Below are positions 60,549-64,000 of a DNA stretch of 64,000 nucleotides, in pieces. Below the pieces are notes generated by a model. It ran no database searches, was not told the origin of the DNA, and saw nothing but the letters and a program-made list of their open reading frames with translations. Position 1 is the first letter of the stretch, and every line of letters starts with the position of its first letter. Where the stretch lies: positions 72,135 through 136,134 of the forward strand of contig CADBYC010000004.1 in the NCBI GenBank assembly GCA_902798755.1, written 5' to 3'. The position numbers and the translations under genes were made by a program. Source of the stretch: an uncultured Ruminococcus sp. (GTDB lineage: Bacteria > Bacillota > Clostridia > Oscillospirales > Acutalibacteraceae).

Positions 60549-62735
60549 TCATTCGCCGTCCGCTTTATCGCTGTCGGCTTCGACCTGACCGCTTTCGGCT
60601 GAGCCGTCCGCGACCGCCTTCTGCTCTGCCTGCATGATATCGCTGATCGCGGCGTTATCCAGCTCGAGCGTATCGTCAGCCGCCTTGCTCTCGTCGGCAA
60701 AGGCGTCGAATTCCTCCTGCTTCTGCGCGAGGATATCGATGATCCTCTCGTCTACCGTATCGTCGCAAAGCAAGCGGTATACCAGCACCGACCGCGCCTG
60801 ACCCATGCGGTAAGCGCGGGAGATCGCCTGATTCTCGATACTGGGCTTTAACTGCGGCTCACAGAGAATGACCACCGAGGCACTCTGGATATTCAGGCCC
60901 GTACCGCCCGACTGTATCTGCGCGACAAGCGCACTGCCCGCGGGGGCTTTATCGAATTCGTCGATGATCTCCTGCCGTCTTTGCGGGCTGACCGAGCCTG
61001 TGATCGGCTCCATGCAGCTCTCGCCTAATAAAGCCGCGACCTTCGCGACCGTATCGAGGAAGAACGAGAAGATCAGCACCTTGCGCTCCTCCGCCCTCGC
61101 CTCTTCGATCAGCTCGAGCATTCTGTTCGCCTTGGAGGACTGCGACAGATCGTCCACGTTCCATGACACTCTCCGCGCCGCCATGAAGTTCTGCTCGCCG
61201 ATGGCTTCTTGATAGAGCTTCTTCTCCGCGGGCAGCAGGTCACACCACTCGTAGCTTTCCATCAGCTCGGGCAGCTCGGTGAGCATGTCCTCGCGCTTTC
61301 TGCGGTAGTACACGGGCGCGACCGCCTCGCGGAACTGCGGCGCGGAGGACAGCGACAGCATCGGCTGGATCGCCTTGGACACGTCCTGATTGAGTATCGC
61401 GATCAGGGTCGCCATCTCCCCTACCCTGTTCTCGAGCGCGGTGCCCGTCATGAACAGCAGGCGCTGTGCATGCGCGCAGAGCTTCTTGACGTTGCCTGTA
61501 CGCTGAGCGGAGGGATTCTTGATATAGTGCGCTTCATCGACCGTCAGCATCGTGAATTGAAAAGCGGGATCAAGCTCAAAGACCGAGGTCGTCTCAAAGG
61601 TCGTCACCGCTACGCCGCCATTACTGATCCAATTCTGCACTGCGGACAGTTTATCATTACCGTGCACCTTGATGACAGGCAGATCGCTGTGCTTTGCGAT
61701 CTCACGGCACCAGTTGGTCAGCACCGACGCGGGACAAACGACCGCAAAGTGTGTCGCGCCCTTGTTGCGCAAATGCACCATCACTGCGATCGCCTGCACG
61801 GTCTTGCCCAAGCCCATCTCGTCGCCTAAAAGGATACGCTTCTGTGCGACGGCGTACTTTACGCCCCATTCCTGATAGCGGCGCAGGGTGCAGTTGAGTC
61901 CTGTCAGGTCGAGCTGTACGTCGGCGATATTTTCCGCCAGCTCCTCGGGCAGTCCGTAGACCTCTTCTCCCCCGCCGACCGCGTCGGGAACGACGGCTTC
62001 GAGGATATTGATGTAGGTAATGCTGTCGGACGAAAAATCCGCCCACGCGTCCTTCGGGTTGACAAAAGCCGCTCCCCTGACCGACCGCAGGTTTCTTTCG
62101 AGCTCAGCGATATTGCCGTCGGAGAGGATGACCGACAGCGCGTCATACGCCGACTGCGCGCGCTCCTTTTTATCCGAGGACGAGAACATCCACCTCAGTC
62201 CGCCTGTCGCGGGCTTGATGTCGCGGATCGCCGATTCGATCTCTCTTTCATATTTCGCGCGGAAATCCTCCGCCGCTTCAACAGCAGGCAGTAAGCGCTT
62301 GTACTGATAGAGCGCGGACACCAACGCCGTCGACTTCTGATTCTTATCATCGGCACTCAGGCGAATCCTCGCGCCGCTTTTCGCGGTGTTCGCGAGCTCC
62401 TGCGCCGCCTCCTTGATCATCTTAGCGCCCTCAGGGCTGATACCGTTGATAGACGAGATACGGTACTCGGGCGCGTTCAGAACGTCCGCAATCGTATGTA
62501 AGCCCGCGTCATGCAGCATTTTCACGCGGATACCCTTCTTGTCGCGGTTAAGTTCATCAACGGGGACAGTCTGCAAAAGCTCCTTTGAGCTCTCGCCCGT
62601 CATTGCCGCGGCAGCCGCCTGTATCGCCGCTGTTTGCCGCTGCGCCAGCGTATCCACCCGCGTCATCTGTGATGACAAATCCTGATAACGCCGTGTCAAT
62701 TGCTTGGCGTCACCGGAAGAAAAATTTCGTGCCAT
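60549..62735 (-). CDS. SNF2-family helicase with N-terminal HhH-like region
   Basis: GDEMGLGKT, DEAH, TGTALEN, GLNIQ, QAISRAYRMGQ. Confidence 0.92.
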   Translation of the reverse strand: MARNFSSGDAKQLTRRYQDLSSQMTRVDTLAQRQTAAIQAAAAAMTGESSKELLQTVPVDELNRDKKGIRVKMLHDAGLHTIADVLNAPEYRISSINGISPEGAKMIKEAAQELANTAKSGARIRLSADDKNQKSTALVSALYQYKRLLPAVEAAEDFRAKYEREIESAIRDIKPATGGLRWMFSSSDKKERAQSAYDALSVILSDGNIAELERNLRSVRGAAFVNPKDAWADFSSDSITYINILEAVVPDAVGGGEEVYGLPEELAENIADVQLDLTGLNCTLRRYQEWGVKYAVAQKRILLGDEMGLGKTVQAIAVMVHLRNKGATHFAVVCPASVLTNWCREIAKHSDLPVIKVHGNDKLSAVQNWISNGGVAVTTFETTSVFELDPAFQFTMLTVDEAHYIKNPSAQRTGNVKKLCAHAQRLLFMTGTALENRVGEMATLIAILNQDVSKAIQPMLSLSSAPQFREAVAPVYYRRKREDMLTELPELMESYEWCDLLPAEKKLYQEAIGEQNFMAARRVSWNVDDLSQSSKANRMLELIEEARAEERKVLIFSFFLDTVAKVAALLGESCMEPITGSVSPQRRQEIIDEFDKAPAGSALVAQIQSGGTGLNIQSASVVILCEPQLKPSIENQAISRAYRMGQARSVLVYRLLCDDTVDERIIDILAQKQEEFDAFADESKAADDTLELDNAAISDIMQAEQKAVADGSAESGQVEADSDKADGE

Positions 62736-62833
62736 AGTTGCTCCTTGGTCTGTCGTAATCAGTCAAGATTCCTTTGATAAACTGATATATAATGAAGAAA
62801 GGTAATGCCGGCTGACATTACCTTCGTTCTCTC

Positions 62834-63304
62834 TTATTTTGCGACGCCGATCGCTTTTTTGTAATCCGCCTTCATCTTTCCGCAGTTCTCGGAGATGATC
62901 AGAGAAACATAATTGTTATCGGTGTCTACCGTCGCGTTCTCAACGATCGCGTACTGCTCGGGGTTGTAGTTCTTGGTCTCGTTGAGCTTGGAAGTCAGTC
63001 GGTTGTTCAACGCCTCAGCGATACGACCCGCCGCGTCCTTATCGGAAGCGAGGATCAGGACGATCTCTTCCATATTTACGCCCGAGTTATTGATACCGCC
63101 CGCGAACTCCTTGACGTCCTCAGCCGCGATACCGTAGAAGCGATTCAGATCGGACGCGTCCTTGAATTCGACCATGTCGGTCACATTATAGGTAGTTTTG
63201 AGCTCGCTGAAAACATCGCCCAGCGGCTTTGCGCTGCTGCCGCAGGCGCAGAGGACCGCCGCTAAAACGGCGACCACAGCGATCAGACTGATGATTCTTT
63301 TCAT
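62834..63304 (-). CDS. DUF4358-like lipoprotein
   Basis: Lipobox LCAC; YGI...EEIVL...YNPEQ. Confidence 0.75.
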   Translation of the reverse strand: MKRIISLIAVVAVLAAVLCACGSSAKPLGDVFSELKTTYNVTDMVEFKDASDLNRFYGIAAEDVKEFAGGINNSGVNMEEIVLILASDKDAAGRIAEALNNRLTSKLNETKNYNPEQYAIVENATVDTDNNYVSLIISENCGKMKADYKKAIGVAK

Positions 63305-63350
63305 TGTTATACCTCCAAATTCAGTTATGCTTACGCTTTGTGATCATTAA

Positions 63351-63465
63351 TACTAATCCTTGATAAAAAGATTTAATCAGATATTAGTGATATATTTCGG
63401 ATAGCGCGACGGGAGACGCAGACAGGCTGGCGCCTGTCAAGAAAGGTTTTTATTAAGGATTAGTA
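63351..63465 (+). mobile_element. MITE copy 4 (115 bp, larger internal deletion)
   Basis: Same TIRs; TAA on both sides. Confidence 0.85.
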
Positions 63466-63471
63466 TAAAGA

Positions 63472-64000
63472 TCACGCGTTGTTCTTCAGATAGTTTGCCC
63501 ACATCTCGCAAGCGGCGTCGGTGAAGTGCAGTCCCATCGAATCAGGGTCGCTGCAATATTCATCGGGCAGGTTGCCGTCCTTGTCCGCAACAGCGGAAAA
63601 GACGTCCAGATACTTATAGTTGTTTGCGGTGCAGTAGTCCTTGAGCATACCGTCAAATTCCTTGACCAGCGTATTGTTGAAAGACTCCATCTCAGCGGAC
63701 TTGATCATCGGGGTGACCGACTGGATATAGATGCGCGCGTCGGGAGTCTTCGCAAGAATATCGGACACGAGCTGTTTACAGCTATCCATCGCGCCCTTCG
63801 TGCCGTACAGACCGATATCGTTCATGCCCAGCATGATAAATACATTCTTCTTGCCCGTCAGCTCACAGCAGTCCTCCACCTTATGGGTTGCGCCCTGATA
63901 GTAGGGGTGCACCGCCTCGGGATCGTCAACAGCCCACAGCGCGTTGGTATAGCCGAGACTGCCCGCGCAGAAGAATTCCGCCGCGCCGAGCGCTTCGGGG
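63472..64000 (-). CDS. GDSL/SGNH hydrolase (partial, starts beyond right edge)
   Basis: MLGMND, IQSVTP, D...GLH; frame stays open to the window edge. Confidence 0.85.
   Translation of the reverse strand, partial: PEALGAAEFFCAGSLGYTNALWAVDDPEAVHPYYQGATHKVEDCCELTGKKNVFIMLGMNDIGLYGTKGAMDSCKQLVSDILAKTPDARIYIQSVTPMIKSAEMESFNNTLVKEFDGMLKDYCTANNYKYLDVFSAVADKDGNLPDEYCSDPDSMGLHFTDAACEMWANYLKNNA

Noticed and set aside
31135-63465. CRISPR array
   Set aside because: Repeats are dispersed TIR-bounded elements with no repeat-spacer periodicity; no cas genes in the window.

Overview
64 kb of chromosome from a spore-forming, roughly 50-55% GC clostridial bacterium; gene content and style suggest a Ruminococcus/Oscillospirales-like organism (inference). 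Most of 18-64 kb is housekeeping: P-type ATPase, radical SAM pair, spoIVFB-like, MATE, flavoproteins, addAB, spoIIR, ispE, probable 6S RNA, gpsA, ctsR-mcsA-mcsB-clpC, a polar amino acid ABC transporter, gap, a TetM-like GTPase-NYN fusion and an SNF2 helicase. The most unusual part is 1-10.8 kb, a minus-strand cluster that runs off the left edge. It holds five paralogous proteins with a shared C-terminal W/F-x-E-G motif (four with SipW-type (T/A)(F/L)(A/S)WF signal peptides, one apparently membrane-retained), a SipW-type signal peptidase, a membrane-anchored McrB-like AAA+ NTPase with no DNA-binding domain, and a DUF2357 (McrC-like) protein in which a very long coiled coil replaces the nuclease. 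This looks like a restriction-type motor pair repurposed in a TasA/CalY-like fibre system. Other points of interest: orphan phage-like genes on both sides of a tRNA-Ser/IS1182 region sharing a 52-bp upstream motif; sense and antisense copies of the tRNA 3' end; a four-copy MITE with TTA/TAA target duplications; a P-type ATPase with PSGL instead of PEGL; and a frameshifted aminotransferase directly upstream of ispE. All calls come from motif reading by eye; no searches were run.
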